Positions 40,521 through 61,340 of a stretch of DNA of 64,000 nucleotides are shown piece after piece. Source of the DNA: Bigelowiella natans CCMP2755 (taxonomy: Eukaryota > Protista > Cercozoa); NCBI GenBank assembly GCA_000320545.1, contig ADNK01002054.1, positions 1-64,000 of the forward strand. Reading direction: 5' to 3'. The notes under the pieces are model-generated. The model was not told the origin of the DNA. It saw nothing but the letters and a program-made list of their open reading frames with translations, and searched no databases. A program made the translations under genes and the position numbers. Every line of letters starts with the position of its first letter. Position 1 is the first letter of the stretch.

Positions 40521-40677
40521 TGTCCTCTTACGTTTGACAAACATGCAAAACTATGGCGATTTCCTCAGCAGCGACTTGCTACAAGGAAGACGTTACATCA
40601 AAACGGCATACATTTGCAATTTACACAATTCCTTTCGTCGGAAGCAGCTTATCCTTCTCGTTCCCATTCCACCACTG

Positions 40678-41302
40678 ATGCTGTTTGTGGCAACGATTTC
40701 GATTGCCATAGCTGTCCAGGGCACTGGGCTATCCGCCCTATCCATCAAACCTGTTCGAGCAATTCGATCCACGCCACGTACATTCTCTGGTGAAAGAGCT
40801 GTTATTTCCTCCAAGGGATACTACTCCTCCCATCTGGATAACCAACCCATTCAAATGAATCGGAGGCGCTCCCGTCTCTCCGACAGATTTGTCAGTGTAA
40901 ATGCCGAAGAGAAGGACAGGCAGGAAGAGGACATGGAGAAAATGAAGAGGACACTTGAGAGTTTCGGGTTCGACTCAAACAGGGCTAGTATGAAACTGGA
41001 TGAGTGGAAGAAGGAAGGGCTCAACACGACTGAGGAGGTTACCGGCAAGCTTGTTGGAGATGCTGGGAAAGCTCTTGCGACAAGATTTGCGTGGTTGGGT
41101 CTGAATGGTTGGCTAATATGGCAAACCTACCTATTTTCCCTTGCATACCAAGCACAAGATAGCTGGCTTCAGTGGCCATTCAAAATTTTCACCTACTTCA
41201 ACACGTTCTCCTTTGTACAGGTTTGTGCCTGCGCAGATTTTTGGTGCTACTCGTGATGGACGAAACTAGCATACGACAACCGATGCAACACCACACGCAA
41301 CA

Positions 41303-41344
<42 letters not shown>

Positions 41345-42037
41345 ATGCAAATACTTTACTGTGTGCAACTGTGTTGTGTTATAAGAATGCACACATGTTG
41401 AGCCTTTTGAGATTGCGTATGTATCTGTGCTGGTCTTTGCTTGTCTCCACGCATGTAAAACGCGTAAACCTAAGACTGATAATCGGTTTGGTGGACGACA
41501 CAGGAAGCTATATTGTTCGGAGTTATGGCATACGCTACAGCTCAGTTTGCAAGAAACCCCGTTCTACTTGAGGCTATGCAAGAAATCGCTGGCGTTGCGA
41601 AGTTACCGGCTCTTGAAGTAAAGCCCCAGAAGGTAGTCGATAGCATCAAGGTTTTTAGATCCTTGCTGGAGCTTAACAGCCGACTTCAAGCTATGGACTA
41701 TAAATCGTCATCGCTCGATACCCTGTCTTCCTTGCTCACTCTCTCGCAACTTGACTACGACGAAAGTGTTGATGTGTCCTCGCTCAACACTGCAGCAAAG
41801 GTTTTCAATCGCTACGATGTCAATGGGGACCAGAAACTAGATTCTGAGGAATTTAGACTCATGCTTCAGGATGCTGGGCTGGCGCTCGATGAGGCGGAGA
41901 TCAAAGAGGCAATAAAAATATTAGATGTCGTGAAAGTCGATGGATATATTCAGTTTGACGAATTTGTCAACTTCTGGGCAAAGAAAATGAAAGGACCTGA
42001 TGAAGAATCAGATACAGAGAATTCTAAACCCTTATAA
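40678..42037 (+). CDS. Putatively plastid-targeted membrane protein with a C-terminal EF-hand pair, 2 exons
   Basis: Signal-like MLFVATISIAIAVQG, Arg/Ser-rich segment ending VSVNA, hydrophobic stretches, intron 41221-~41503, EF loops DVNGDQKLDSEE and DVVKVDGYIQFDE. Confidence 0.8.
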
Positions 42038-42453
42038 TCGCTTAATAGAATCATCCCCAGCTGATAGTAATCGGGCAAGCACAGTTTGCCTTGCAGAACA
42101 ATAAATGGCAGCTGTGATTTCCTTTGTTGCTCCTTTTTACTTATGTGTTCGATAGTATGTGATGCAGATGTAAGATATTCTTCGGAAGCATTTTATATCT
42201 GAGCACTGAATTGCAAGTAGGGAATAATTCCTTTTTTGTGCACGCGGAGGGAGATTATCAGCATCGGAACCGATGCAATGACCTAGCATGTAGTCCATGT
42301 TTATTTGCAAAACGAACTATGGCATACAATACAAATGGCAGCAACACATACACGTATCTAGAAATGTGCTCACTTACATGAAATGTGGACATAGCTGTAG
42401 CATGTACGTCACATGCTATAGCATAGCCAGCCTGACGTACACGCGCATAATAA

Positions 42454-42458
<5 letters not shown>

Positions 42459-42531
<73 letters not shown>
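42459..42531. repeat. Compound microsatellite (CA)n-(TA)n-(TG)n, self-complementary; one example of dozens of microsatellites in the window
   Basis: Direct reading of the sequence. Confidence 0.95.
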
Positions 42532-42534
<3 letters not shown>

Positions 42535-43114
42535 CGTGCCCATGACTTCAGTATTCAGTATTGTGTTGCCCGCAATAGCATATACCGCGGTCAAAATCTA
42601 GAACATATGCCCCGTTATTGTCACTTGTTCAATTTCACTGATGATGTGACGTGCAGCATGACTAGATGACTTCGGCCCAAAGCTGCCACATACGATCGTC
42701 GGCTGTCGCATCGTGTGGTGTCAGCGGAACATTGATAATGGCACGCACGTTTTCCTCACTAGCCCTGCATCATCATCCTCTCAAAGCTTCGTGTGATGTA
42801 TACTAGTATAGCTTATCATACGCATCATATGGACATTTGTATGCCTTTCAAACGAAACGTGAAATCCTATCTAGCTTGGAAATTACAGCAGATCGAAATC
42901 TCTTGGCGATATGCCGCGTTTACACATGTATAGCTGTACGTTTTAGAAATGTATCAGTCTATCACGCGGGATCTGCTAACATGCGCATGGCATTGAATAT
43001 ACGAACGTTCGCAGGAAAAAATAGCAAAAGCCTGATAGAATGCAACGGCATTGCACCTCGGAATGTTCCGGAGTATTCATCGTTATGTTGACACCAAAAC
43101 TCGTTTTATTTATC

Positions 43115-44997
43115 TTATGATTCATTATTATCCTTATCCTCATCATCATTGCTTGGAGTTGATGGTATACTACTGACATGGAATCTCCGGTTGGTGTAGT
43201 CAAATATAATACGCTGATCAGCAAGAGCCGCAATGCCACAGACGCCACATGAGGACGAGAGTTTGTCAGTCTCTGCGTTTGTTGTTTCAGCTTCATGATT
43301 CGTCAGTATCGCTGCTCCGATTCCTAAATTTTCAATGCTAATTCTCTCTCCAGGCTCGACTGGACCAGGACTCGCCTGGCCGATGAAACGCCCAAGTCTC
43401 TTCACATCCAATCCATAGAGTTCCTGTGCTCTTTTGATATTGATCTGAAAGGCCTCGGAACCTCCCATCCCCGTATCTAGCAGCATGGTCACCTGCTTAT
43501 TCTTTGAAGCTTTGGTTGTTGACTTTCGAGGTTTTAGCAACTCGTTTGCCTCTTCAGCTCGTAAAACACGAGCCACCTTTTCGGTCTTCTTCTTTGGCTT
43601 GTTCTTTTTCGCTTTTTTCTTTTTTCCTTCCCCCTCTAAGTCTCCTCCCCCCTCTTCCCCTTCTTCTTCTTCTTTTTCTTCTATCGGTTGATCGACAAGA
43701 AGATGAATTGAGTCCCCAACCACCTTATCCACAACGCAGGTCTCACCATTCGACTGAAGCACTGCAGAGTCTCCTTCTACCCACCAGGAGGGTGATAACG
43801 TTAGCTCGACGTGAGGCACCTTGAATGCCAGAGTGAGATCACGCCATTCCTTTTGTGAAATCCCAGTCTTGGCGTTTGCTTCCTTGGTGTTGGCAGACGG
43901 TGGGCTCAACTTGATGTGGCCCCTAAAGGATGGAGGCTTTCGGCCAGAACTCTTATATTCACGTAGCGGCATCATCCGAGGGGGCATATCTATCTCCACT
44001 AGTGCTTTGCTTAGCAGCTCGTAGCCGACATATCTGTTTGTTAGTAGAGGTATCGTACACAATCGTCGCCCGACGAAAAAGGGGAGGAGTAGTAAGGTGT
44101 TCCACCCATAGAAAACATATTATTATTAATTTAATAGTATTATTATCAGCATTATTATTATCATTCTTGTTGTTATTAAATTAAGTCAAATATGATACCG
44201 TAAAGGAGGAGTGACATACAATACTATCGATAACATTGATCAATAATAGCAGCAGGCCCAGATGTGTTTTTCTACGAAGAACTTACTCCGTACGCACGTA
44301 CCCTGCAATGTTGCTGGTGATGCCAGGTTCAGCCATTGCATCGGCGATTACAAATAGGTGTGGATCGTCGAATGTAAGGGGTCCAAAGCTCAGGTTCTTG
44401 GCCTAAAGGTGGTGCATAAGAGAAGGAGGAGGAGAAGACGACATCATCGATATGAAGCAAGTGACAGCCAGAGCAAAGTAGCGTTATGAGAGAAGAAATG
44501 AGTTACGATAAGAGAAATAAGGAGAATATGATTGCTCTGGATATGTTGATTGCTTGTTGTTGTAAAGGATGATCATAATGATTAATTGATTCATTCATTA
44601 ACAACAACAACCTGGCCAACGTATCCGGGATACATTTCGCCGTTTATGAACCCAGATATGTTGCTAATGCATATAATAATAATAATTCTTTTTGGGAGGA
44701 AGTACATGTACTTTTCATTCTCTCATCAGGAATAGAAGAAATGGAACGGAATTATAGCTGCTTTGCGTATCGTGTTAGTCTCATCATCACCTGAATTTCA
44801 TCAATTTGAGTCCTTTGTCTTCCTGCAGCCTTGCAGCCGTATCTGATGTTCAAGGTAATATATATTGATGTGTGGAGAAAGTCTTAGGTAAAGCATCTTA
44901 TGGTGATATCCATGTGACGTAAGAACAATCACCTCAGCCGATGCTTTGCAGGATGCTATGTGTGTATATTAATACCATATAATTATGATATGTGTAC

Positions 44998-45032
<35 letters not shown>

Positions 45033-46594
45033 TTGTGTGTGTGTGTGTGCGCGCGCGCGCGCATTTAAGCACCTTTATGTGCGTGCATTAAAAAAGATAA
45101 CGTTTTTACCAGCGTTGATGATGAATCTGCTTAATCCGCTGTCAAGTAACCACCACCCATAGTCCTTGCCATTGATCCTACCCCAGTGAAAAATAGAAAT
45201 TGACGAAGAGGGAAGAGAGAAGGGAAGGAGGAGAAAGTAGTGGGGGGAAAACGGAACTAGTAGTTTTTTTAGTTGAGTTGTTGTCAGTAAATGAAGCGAC
45301 GGATACTACTCGCAATCAATAATACTTGGCAGGGATATATAGCCGGCCGCTCCACGCCCGCAAGTACTCCAAGTCGAAGTGTAGATTTTCATCATCTTCG
45401 ATAAAGTGAAATCGCTCATCTATGAGTTTATTGTACACAGGAGTAATTAGATAGGAAATCGATGAGTGCACGCATGATCACACAATCTAACATAGTTACC
45501 ACCACCTGCGTTTGATGGCTCCTTGAACAGTGTCTCTGAAAGTGGAACCGACGATAGGGAGGTAATAGCCGAAGTAATAGTCAAGCCTCCAATAGAGCTA
45601 TGAGTGGTTATACGAGGAATTTGAAGCCATGGGCCAATATTGACATCTTTCCATTCTTCAACCTGCAAAAAAATGTTAAAAATACCGTCTGAGAAATTGA
45701 TATTATGATCTTGACATCCTCAAAGAATACCTCCCCTCTCCATGTCTCGTGCTGAAGATATATTGAATATTTCTTCGGAAGACCACCCTGTTGCTCCTCT
45801 GATTCGTCTAATTCAACAGTCGCTGCCAGTTTCCCGCCCTTCATCCTCAATGCTACTCTGTTGTTGTCCACCTTCTGCTCGATCTCTAACTTCTCTTTAA
45901 CTTCCGGGAGAAGCCAAAGGCTAAATCTCAGCCACTCGGTGAGACAAATCGCTTCTAGTTCGTCGCTAATAAGCTGTCTGATTCCGTTTCCATCTCCTTC
46001 ATCGGTCCATCCTGTTCCTTTTGCTGCATCGTAACCGTATCTCGCAACAACTACCACCCCAGCTCCCGAAAAGTTGCGTGTTGTTTCGCTATAAAACGAT
46101 CCATCTGCACTAATTATTTTGCGTGTAGTTACAGTAGTATTTTTGGCAAGAGTATATGCTGTACTGACTTGGTCGAATTCATATTGCATGGCTACACCGT
46201 CGAGCGCAGAGGACTCACCATCTAATCGTTGAAAAATTCTTTGCCGAATTGATTCCATGTCTAACGTACTTTCTTTCATAGAAGCTAGAACTGCTATGTT
46301 TTGCCGTCTGTAAGATGGAAGATGACGTTGGTCCTGGGATTCTGATATCCTTCTTCTTCTTCTTCTTCCAGCATTGAGTTGTTGCCTCCATCTCGGCCGA
46401 AGTGCTGCTGTCTGGCACGTTTGCACACTTGGGATGTGACGTACTACTAAAGTTGCGGTAGCTAAGTTCTGTTTACCATCATAAGTAAGGCTACAGACTA
46501 TGAAGATAAGCGAAATAATGGTTAGAGCAAGGTAGATAGAAAAGGAGATCGGCTTTCTCCTTTCTCTCGGAGTAGGGCACCCCTGCACCATCAT
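43115..46594 (-). CDS. Protein with two retropepsin-like aspartyl-protease motifs and a bipartite targeting leader
   Basis: Hydrophobic leader plus Arg-rich transit-like region; INGKDYGWWLLDSG (exon ~45110-45178); VTMLLDTGMG; C-terminal GIAALADQRIIFDYTNRRF. Confidence 0.7.
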
Positions 46595-46932
46595 TCTTTC
46601 TGCTGCTTCAAGGCCAATCTAACGTTGCGACAGCTCTTTTTATAAGTAATTCTGATGGATTTCCTTCCTGCGACATGACTGGTTGACCGGGAAGTTTTTG
46701 TTATGAGACTTGACGCTTGTTCGTATCATCATGTGTTTTGCATGAAAAGAAAGCGTACTTCCGCGAAATTCTTCGGAAATTCGGTTTTAATGCAGAACCC
46801 AAGCGATTTATACGATTACGACACCGCATTTTAAATTGTTTTCGGTCGAAACGCCCTCATCTCTTTTCGATACACCTATCACGTCGACCCCCACCACAAA
46901 CCAATCCTCTTCCGTCGTTGGCAGCAGCAATT

Positions 46933-49605
46933 ATGAGAGGAGGAAAACCACTCCCATCGACGCTGCTGTTAAATTTTTTGTTTTTAGCTCTGCGCCTTGT
47001 TGTGGTAGGAGGCAGCAGTGGAGTATATGCAGGCCAGACAAGGCTGAGGCCAGGTGTGATTGCGAAGCGATTACATAATAAAGCACATCATCGCCCCTTT
47101 CGGAATAAGGCGTCCTTGAGTTCGTTCCGGCAGAACTCGAGAAATAGAGAAATAGTCCAGATGTACGCAGGATATTCCGATGAGTCAGGCCGCAGGCGGC
47201 GGGGCAACTTGGGTGATGACTTCGATGACTTGTTCGACTTGATTGAGCAGTTTGGAAGAGCGTTTCGAGGGTAGTAGTTTGATCAAATTAGACGCAGCAG
47301 CAGCCTAGTACCGATAAAAAGAAATGGAAACCATTTAATTAGGAATATTTTGTGATTTTGATTGAAGAATGTCTCCATATACGCATCATCATTTCTGAGA
47401 AGTTTAAACGACTCCTCCCATAGGTACGGCGGAAACTACGAAGATGGAATGGGGCGAGAGCAGGCACTCCAGTCCTATGAGCAGGACTTACAGCGTATTC
47501 GGGAAAAGCGTAAAGAAGCGGACAGGCTGGAGCAGGAGCGTACCGAGCGTCTGGCAAGAGAGAACGAACGCAGGTTCGACTTCAAACGCCAAATTCCAGA
47601 CAAGAAGGATATTTCCATATCGACGAATGTCAAGCAATATAGGAATCCCGCTGAAGTTGTACCGCGTCTCGAGATGTCCCAGAGTGAGGACATGTACAGC
47701 TATACGCTAGATGTTCAGGGGATGGGTCGCGAAGACCTCAAGCTAAGCATGCAGGATAATATCGTAATTGTCGAAGGAAATAAAATGGTGAAAACAGACG
47801 ATGGTTACCACTCACATAGTTTTAAGCGCTCGTTTGCGTTGCCAAAGGACGCAGATCTGGCAACGGTCAACTCTCGCGAGCTGACCAACGGCCACATTTT
47901 GATAGAATCGAAGCGCATTGCACCCGCCCCCTCTGCGCCGGTTCGAGAGATCAAGATTGAGCGAATTCCAGCAGCAGCAGCGCCAAAACCACCCTCCTCT
48001 TCCTCCTCCTTCAGTGCTCCAGAAAAACAACAACAAGAGCAGAAACAACAGCCGTCGCAAGAGCAACCACAATTCTCAGCAAAAGCTACTACTACTCCTC
48101 CTACTAGTCCAGCCGCAGAGTCAGTAGCACCACCACCACCACCACCACCACCACCACCACCTACCGCTACTACCCCTCCACCAAAGCAGCCTTCACAAGC
48201 ACTTAATGACGTCGTTCCCTCCCAGCAGAACGATGACATTTCCTCCTACCCTTCTCCCTCCTCTGCATCAGCATCATCATCATCAGCGGCAGCAGCATCC
48301 GCTGCACCACCAGGACCACCAGTAGTAGTAGGATCTGGAGGAGGAGTAGACGACCTCATCAGCTTAACCAAGAAGACCGAGTCGTCATCGTCGTTGTCAT
48401 CGTCAAACGTGAGGAGGAAAGCTCCAAGAGCTGATGGATGGGAGCAAGTAGGTCGTGCATGGGTTCTACGTCCTCCTGAGGGAGTGGCGTGGAAGGCCGC
48501 TGTGCACTTCACCGGGGGCGCCTTTGCCTCAATCTTGCCCAGACTATCATACGGGATGCTCTTGGAGAAACTTGCTAAGAGAGGCGTCTTTGTGGTGGCA
48601 ACGCCCTACTCAACCGGATTTGACTATAAAAAGTGTGTTGGAGAGGCGTTCAGCGTGTTTAACGAGGCGAGTAAGCTCCTTAAACTAGATAGTGACCCCA
48701 TCTCAGGGAAGACAGTTAGTGAACTTCCGGTGTACGGGGTGGGTCATTCTTTAGGCTCAGTGGTACAACTGCTTGGAGGGTGCAGCAGCAGTAGCAGCAC
48801 TTCTGGTGATGATGATGATGTACTACAGCAGGAAAGAAGAAAGGGTAGCGTACTGATCTCCTTTAACAACAAACCAGCTTCCGAAGCTGTACCGATGTTT
48901 GGCAAGGTGGTGGGAGAGGAGATGAGCGATAGTGGAATGGGCTCCTTTGCTCCAATGGTTATGCAGGCGCTCAGCAGCTCCCAGCAGCAACAGATGAGTT
49001 CGGCTATGCAGTCGCAGATGACCCAGGTGAACGCAATGATCAATATGCTTACGCAGAACCCGTCTCAGATTGCGCAATTTGCGCCTATGCTTGAGATGTT
49101 CGGCGTATCCGCGGATCAGGTCGAGGAGCTGCTGCCAGTGCTTAAACAGGTGCAAACCCTCTCCAACGATATGGCGACCGGAAACACAGAGTTCTCACCA
49201 TCACGAGAGGAAATTCAGGATCTAGTCTCATCGGGGAAGTATCAAACGACTCGCAACTTACTCGTAAGATTCGCTGATGATGGAATAGACGAGACTCCCG
49301 CTCTCGAACGGTTGCTGGTTGAAGCAGCGGGAAAAGCTGCTGAGGATAACGTGAAATTGGTTGTGCTTCCTGGAGGGCACACGAGCCCAATGTCTATTTC
49401 AATGCCAGCAGGTGCTGGAGCAAATCCCCAACCAAAGACAAGAGTTGTAGATGATCCCTTTAGCAGCGACTTTCCAACGAGCAGCAGTAGTAGTAGAAGC
49501 ATGTCGTCGTCATCGTCGTCAAGGTCGATGTCGAAAGTGCTGCAAGAGCGGGACATGGAGTATTTAGCAGATTCGATTGTAGACTGGATTGAAGATCTTA
49601 TCTAG
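46933..49605 (+). CDS. HSP20/alpha-crystallin domain fused to a DUF1350-type alpha/beta hydrolase; bipartite leader; 2 exons
   Basis: Intron 47271-47423. sHSP core LDVQGMGREDLKL..EG..SFKRSFALPKDAD...NG.I.I; Pro/Ser linker; then VHFTGGAF..P.LSY..LLE.LA..G..VVATPY..GFDY, GVGHSLG, LISFNNK, NLLVRFADDGIDET and LPGGHTSP. Confidence 0.88.
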
Positions 49606-50428
49606 AAACTACCCCCCTGTATTAATTATAATCAGAACTTGGACTAGGGCAGGTCATTTCATGTAATTGGCTTCCAGAATTTGATCCTATGTTCATTCAT
49701 AATACGCACAAAGCGATCTAGAAGTGTCGCTCAACTATGAGACGGGTGTAATGAATGAATTTAAAAAATTTCAAGTGTCGTCCTAATGTAGCTGTCGCTC
49801 AATTGTACATACAATGCTAGCATGTGCGATTAGATGCGTGAGCGACCCTGCTACTACTAAGCTAAGTGACACATGAGACACCCGATGCAATTAGTCGATC
49901 GCATCATCATACGCATCAATTCTTGGTGACACTTGTCAGTTGTCATGTCATACTGCATTGATTGCATCCATTACTTGCTCTAGTGCTCAAGCTCTAGAGC
50001 TAGCTAGTGCATGGTAACATCGAAGGCAGCTAGCTAGCTAGGTGTCTAGGTGTACTAGTGTAACCGATGTGCACGTTTTCTCAAGCACGCTTGTATGCAC
50101 ATATGCTACGACTGGCATAGCTAGATAGGCGGTTTTATGATAAAGCACAGAAGCAGCTGCAAGATGCTTTAACAAAGCTGCGCAACACACACAATATCCA
50201 TTCTTATTTGGATCAACATGGTGGATGGGGCGCATGATTTTTCAAACTTTTTTGTCTTAGCATTTCTTTGCATGCAGCATGTACAGAATAATCGTTGCCA
50301 TTTGCATGGTGTCTAAGAAGTATTCACGCTTTTCTTTAAGCTGCATCGTAATTTGATCCGAACACTGCAACAAAATAGCATGATGTTCTTTCTGACAGAA
50401 ATAATGGAGGATCCAATGCCTGAGCTTA

Positions 50429-53392
50429 TTACAGACGTTCACCATTATGCTCTTCCTCCTCCTCCTCCTCCTCCTCCTCCTCCTCTTCGTCCTCCTCCTC
50501 CTCCTCTTCTTCTTCTTCTTCTTCTTCTTCTTCTTCTTCCCTAGTTTCTGAGAGTCCCATCATTGCACGCATGATTCTTTGTTGCTCTCGTCCATCGTTG
50601 GTGGTACTGTTGGATTGAAAGATCAACGCTACCATCATGGCCCTATCACGCTCCCGCTCTGCAGCGATAGCTCTCGTCTCTGCCTCCTTTCTCGCTCGGG
50701 TCTACGCGTAAAAAAGTAAGTGGGGAGTTCAGTGTAGTACTACTACTACTATTACTACTACTGCTTGTGATCGATCGATCGATCGATCGAATAAAATCAC
50801 AGTGCAGCAGGTTACTTACTACAGTGCAGTAGTATCATTAGATAGATGCTGATGATCTCTCTTACGCTGATGATCCCTCCCCCCACCCCACTTAATTATT
50901 ATTATGACAGACAATAAGCACTTACTTCCTTCTCCAGGAGGTCTCTTAGTAGCTCCACCTCGGTCTTCTCCTTATGGAACCAGTCTCGATTCATGCTGAT
51001 GCATTATAAATATGAGGCGCCCACAGTAGCAATCTTAAAATATATGATTTCTCATAAAAGCTTCCTTTACAAGACAAAGACCACAATAGTATTTAGGCCG
51101 TGGTACATGCAATAGTCCAAAAAGGATGTTGAAGCGACTATCATCTATTTGACTGCTGCATTGTTTTTTTGGGAGGGAGGGTGGCTTGTTCGAAGAAGAC
51201 AATTGAATTGTCACTCTCCTCCTCCTCCTCCTCCTCCTCCTCCTCCTCCTCCTTACCTCATGCTACTAATGCTACAAACGTATCGTTGCTTCAATCTTGT
51301 CTCACAACAAAGCTCTACATTTCCCGCATTATTATTAAAACACAACAATCTAAAGCACAGCATGTCCCTTTGCGAAACCATTTATCGATTTTCGCACATG
51401 CTGCTACTACTTGCTACTGCTCCTACAACTATACAAACAACATTAATGCAGCACTCACAATCTGAAGATGTACATCCACGTGTCTCGTGGAAGCCGTGAG
51501 ATCAATCCATCTCTCCTCCTCTGTAATTATAGAAGCAATACAATATATGATTTGCTTAGGTCATGATAATACGCTGATGATGGAGATCAAGGCTTAAAAG
51601 TTTGTTTTATTATGTATAAGAATGAATTAATTCTTCCTTCGCTTGATCAAATAGCGTAGTAGTAGCTAGCAAAAACCACCACCACCACTTCTTACTTACT
51701 TACTTACCCTTTGATGCACCAGTATTCCAAAAATCGCCGCCCTGAATTTCTTTGGGAACGAGCAGTGCGATCGAGGAGACCATACTGTTGCCACGAATCG
51801 GAGATGATGCTGATGCTGCCGCTGCTGCTGCTGCTGGTGGTTACTATGGCTCTTATTCAGATGCTTTAGTCTCGGCGGCGTCAGTCGTCTTCGTTTGATT
51901 TGTTGCGAAGAAGAAGAATAAGAAGAAGAAGAGGAAGAGGAAGAGGAGGAGGAGGTTATTGTTGCTGTAATCATCATCTCTGTCTCAGCATCTTCTGAGG
52001 AACAACGGGTCTTCTGGTCATGTGCTCCCTCATCCTTCCTTTCATCGTCTCCCGTTCTATTTCTGTTTTTTACTTCCTTCTCCTCCTCATCATCACTGCT
52101 GATCATTGCCTCATGATCCTCCTCCTCCTCCTCCTCCTCCTCCTTCTCCTCAAGACTTTTGAGAAGTGGTGCGAATCTGACGTGGCCTTTTACCTCCTTG
52201 CTAAAGCTATCTGAGCTCCTGCGTGTTACTTTGAGCAGCGTATCGTCAAATGGCCCCTAATCGATGGCGAGGTTAGAGAGAGAGAGATGGTGACAGAACA
52301 GCAGCAACTTCAGTAGTACCAATACATATTGTTGTTATGGTATGAAATATAAATAAAGGCTAAGAAATTATCAAATGCTGCAAGCAGCTTCACTAAAACA
52401 ATTAATAGAAGAATTATAAATAGTGTATGATCCAACAATAGGTAGGGACGAATATTGTACGACAAATCCAATTACGCATGATTCTCCTTCAATGCATTGC
52501 AAGTAAATGTTACTATGGCTGAATAAGGAGAGCAAGCATGCACACATTACGTCGTAATACATAATCCACGCACCACAAGACAGCCTCCAATTTCAAGGAA
52601 CTCTCCAAGTCTCTCGCACATGGAATTGGGGGCCCCTGCTGCGACATAAATCCGATCGTATCGAATATTATGCTGTGGCTGCAAGTCGAAGCAGTTTCCG
52701 GTTATGTACTAATGCAACAATCAAAGAAAGAAAAGGCACTTAATAATGGAAATAATGAAAGTAGTTGGAAGGTGTCAGTGGTTGAGGGCGCAATTAAAAG
52801 AAAAAGGAAGCACACAACCACCAGTCTTTCAGCTTCAAAAAACTTTCAAATCTGTTTTCATTTATTCGCATGAATATGTTGCTCCGACTACGCATGCAGC
52901 ACGCACGCAGCACGCACGTATGTACCACACACACACACACATAACCTGAGGTACACAAGGATGCTGCCTCCTCGCTATGTGCTTGAGGATCTTGCGGGCA
53001 TTCTCGCTTGGAAGTTCTTGTCTGCCTTCCTTCCCATCCTCACCACCATTAGACGACGAGTCGTTTGAAGGCGATGATTTTTTTCCTAGGGGTGGTGGGA
53101 ACAGTACACCCAATTAGATATGTGAAGAAAAGGGGAGTCATATTGAAGGAGACAGGGATGCAGAGGACAGAGGGTGAAGGAAGAATATTGTTCTATTCAG
53201 ATTTTGACCTGAGTAGCTATTGTCCGTTCCTGGAAGATCGTATATGAACTTGTAGGATAGACGTTTTTCATTTGCGAAATCTACGACATCTTTGAAGATC
53301 TCAATACCATGATTGATTCCAGTCTGAAACACCACCAGGCGCCGCAATTATAGCAGCAATTATTCATTACAATTCTAATTGGGAGTAATCCA

Positions 53393-53445
<53 letters not shown>

Positions 53446-53463
53446 TAACTATACGGAGAACAT

Positions 53464-53501
<38 letters not shown>

Positions 53502-53576
53502 AGGAAACACAGCACGAATGAAAGGTGAGCAGAAGATGACGAACCGGCCCGATGATGTTGCCAACCAGCGTGCTGG

Positions 53577-53617
<41 letters not shown>

Positions 53618-54230
53618 GTGAGCATGCATAAATCAAATTAAAATATTGCTATCACAACGATAATATTCGAACAAAACATTCAAACCAAAAATATCCACTT
53701 CCAGAGCCAACACACAGAAACTTGTCACCTGATTATTGTTGTATGTTTGTGAGGTAGAGTAACAAAAATTGGTGATTCTACTGGACTTATCTCACATTCA
53801 CAATTCTCCTTCTACCTTCTCTGAGATCAAGACTTTCGAGAGATGAGGCATACATATGTGGAGCAGACATATGAACGTGGCCATGCCGGATTGGTCGATC
53901 ATCGTACGCGAACTTCGCCATCTCCTTTGGGCAGAAATGCTTTCGATCTGTCGCGAGGAAGGCCGCCTCGACTTCGGGACTCTTGATAATACCGTTACCT
54001 ACCAAACAAATTTCTTTGCTCAATCGTGTATGTGACCATAGGTGGCCAAGACATATGACCATATCATCGAATCGAATCGAACTACGGCTAATTTTGTATG
54101 CCGGCTCTGCTGTTTGTTTTTTTCCCAAAACCAAGAGAGACTGAGAGAAAATTATGGAAATACGGGGAGGACCTTTAAGTTGCATGGCTAGGTCGAAGTT
54201 ATTCCGACCGGAGCATCGCCATGCACACAT
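50429..54230 (-). CDS. Protein-L-isoaspartate O-methyltransferase domain protein (PCMTD-like) with C-terminal extension and poly-Glu tail
   Basis: MCAWRCSG, NGIIKSPEVEAAFLATDR, AYDDRPI..HMSAPHMYA..LE.L, FLCVGSGSGY, NHGIE, GNCF, YDRIYVAAGA, VRFAPL. Confidence 0.88.
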
Positions 54231-54284
54231 CTTCGAGGGGGGGAAAAAGAGGTTGTGGGATTTGAGGATTAATTTTTAGATATG

Positions 54285-61340
<7,056 letters not shown>

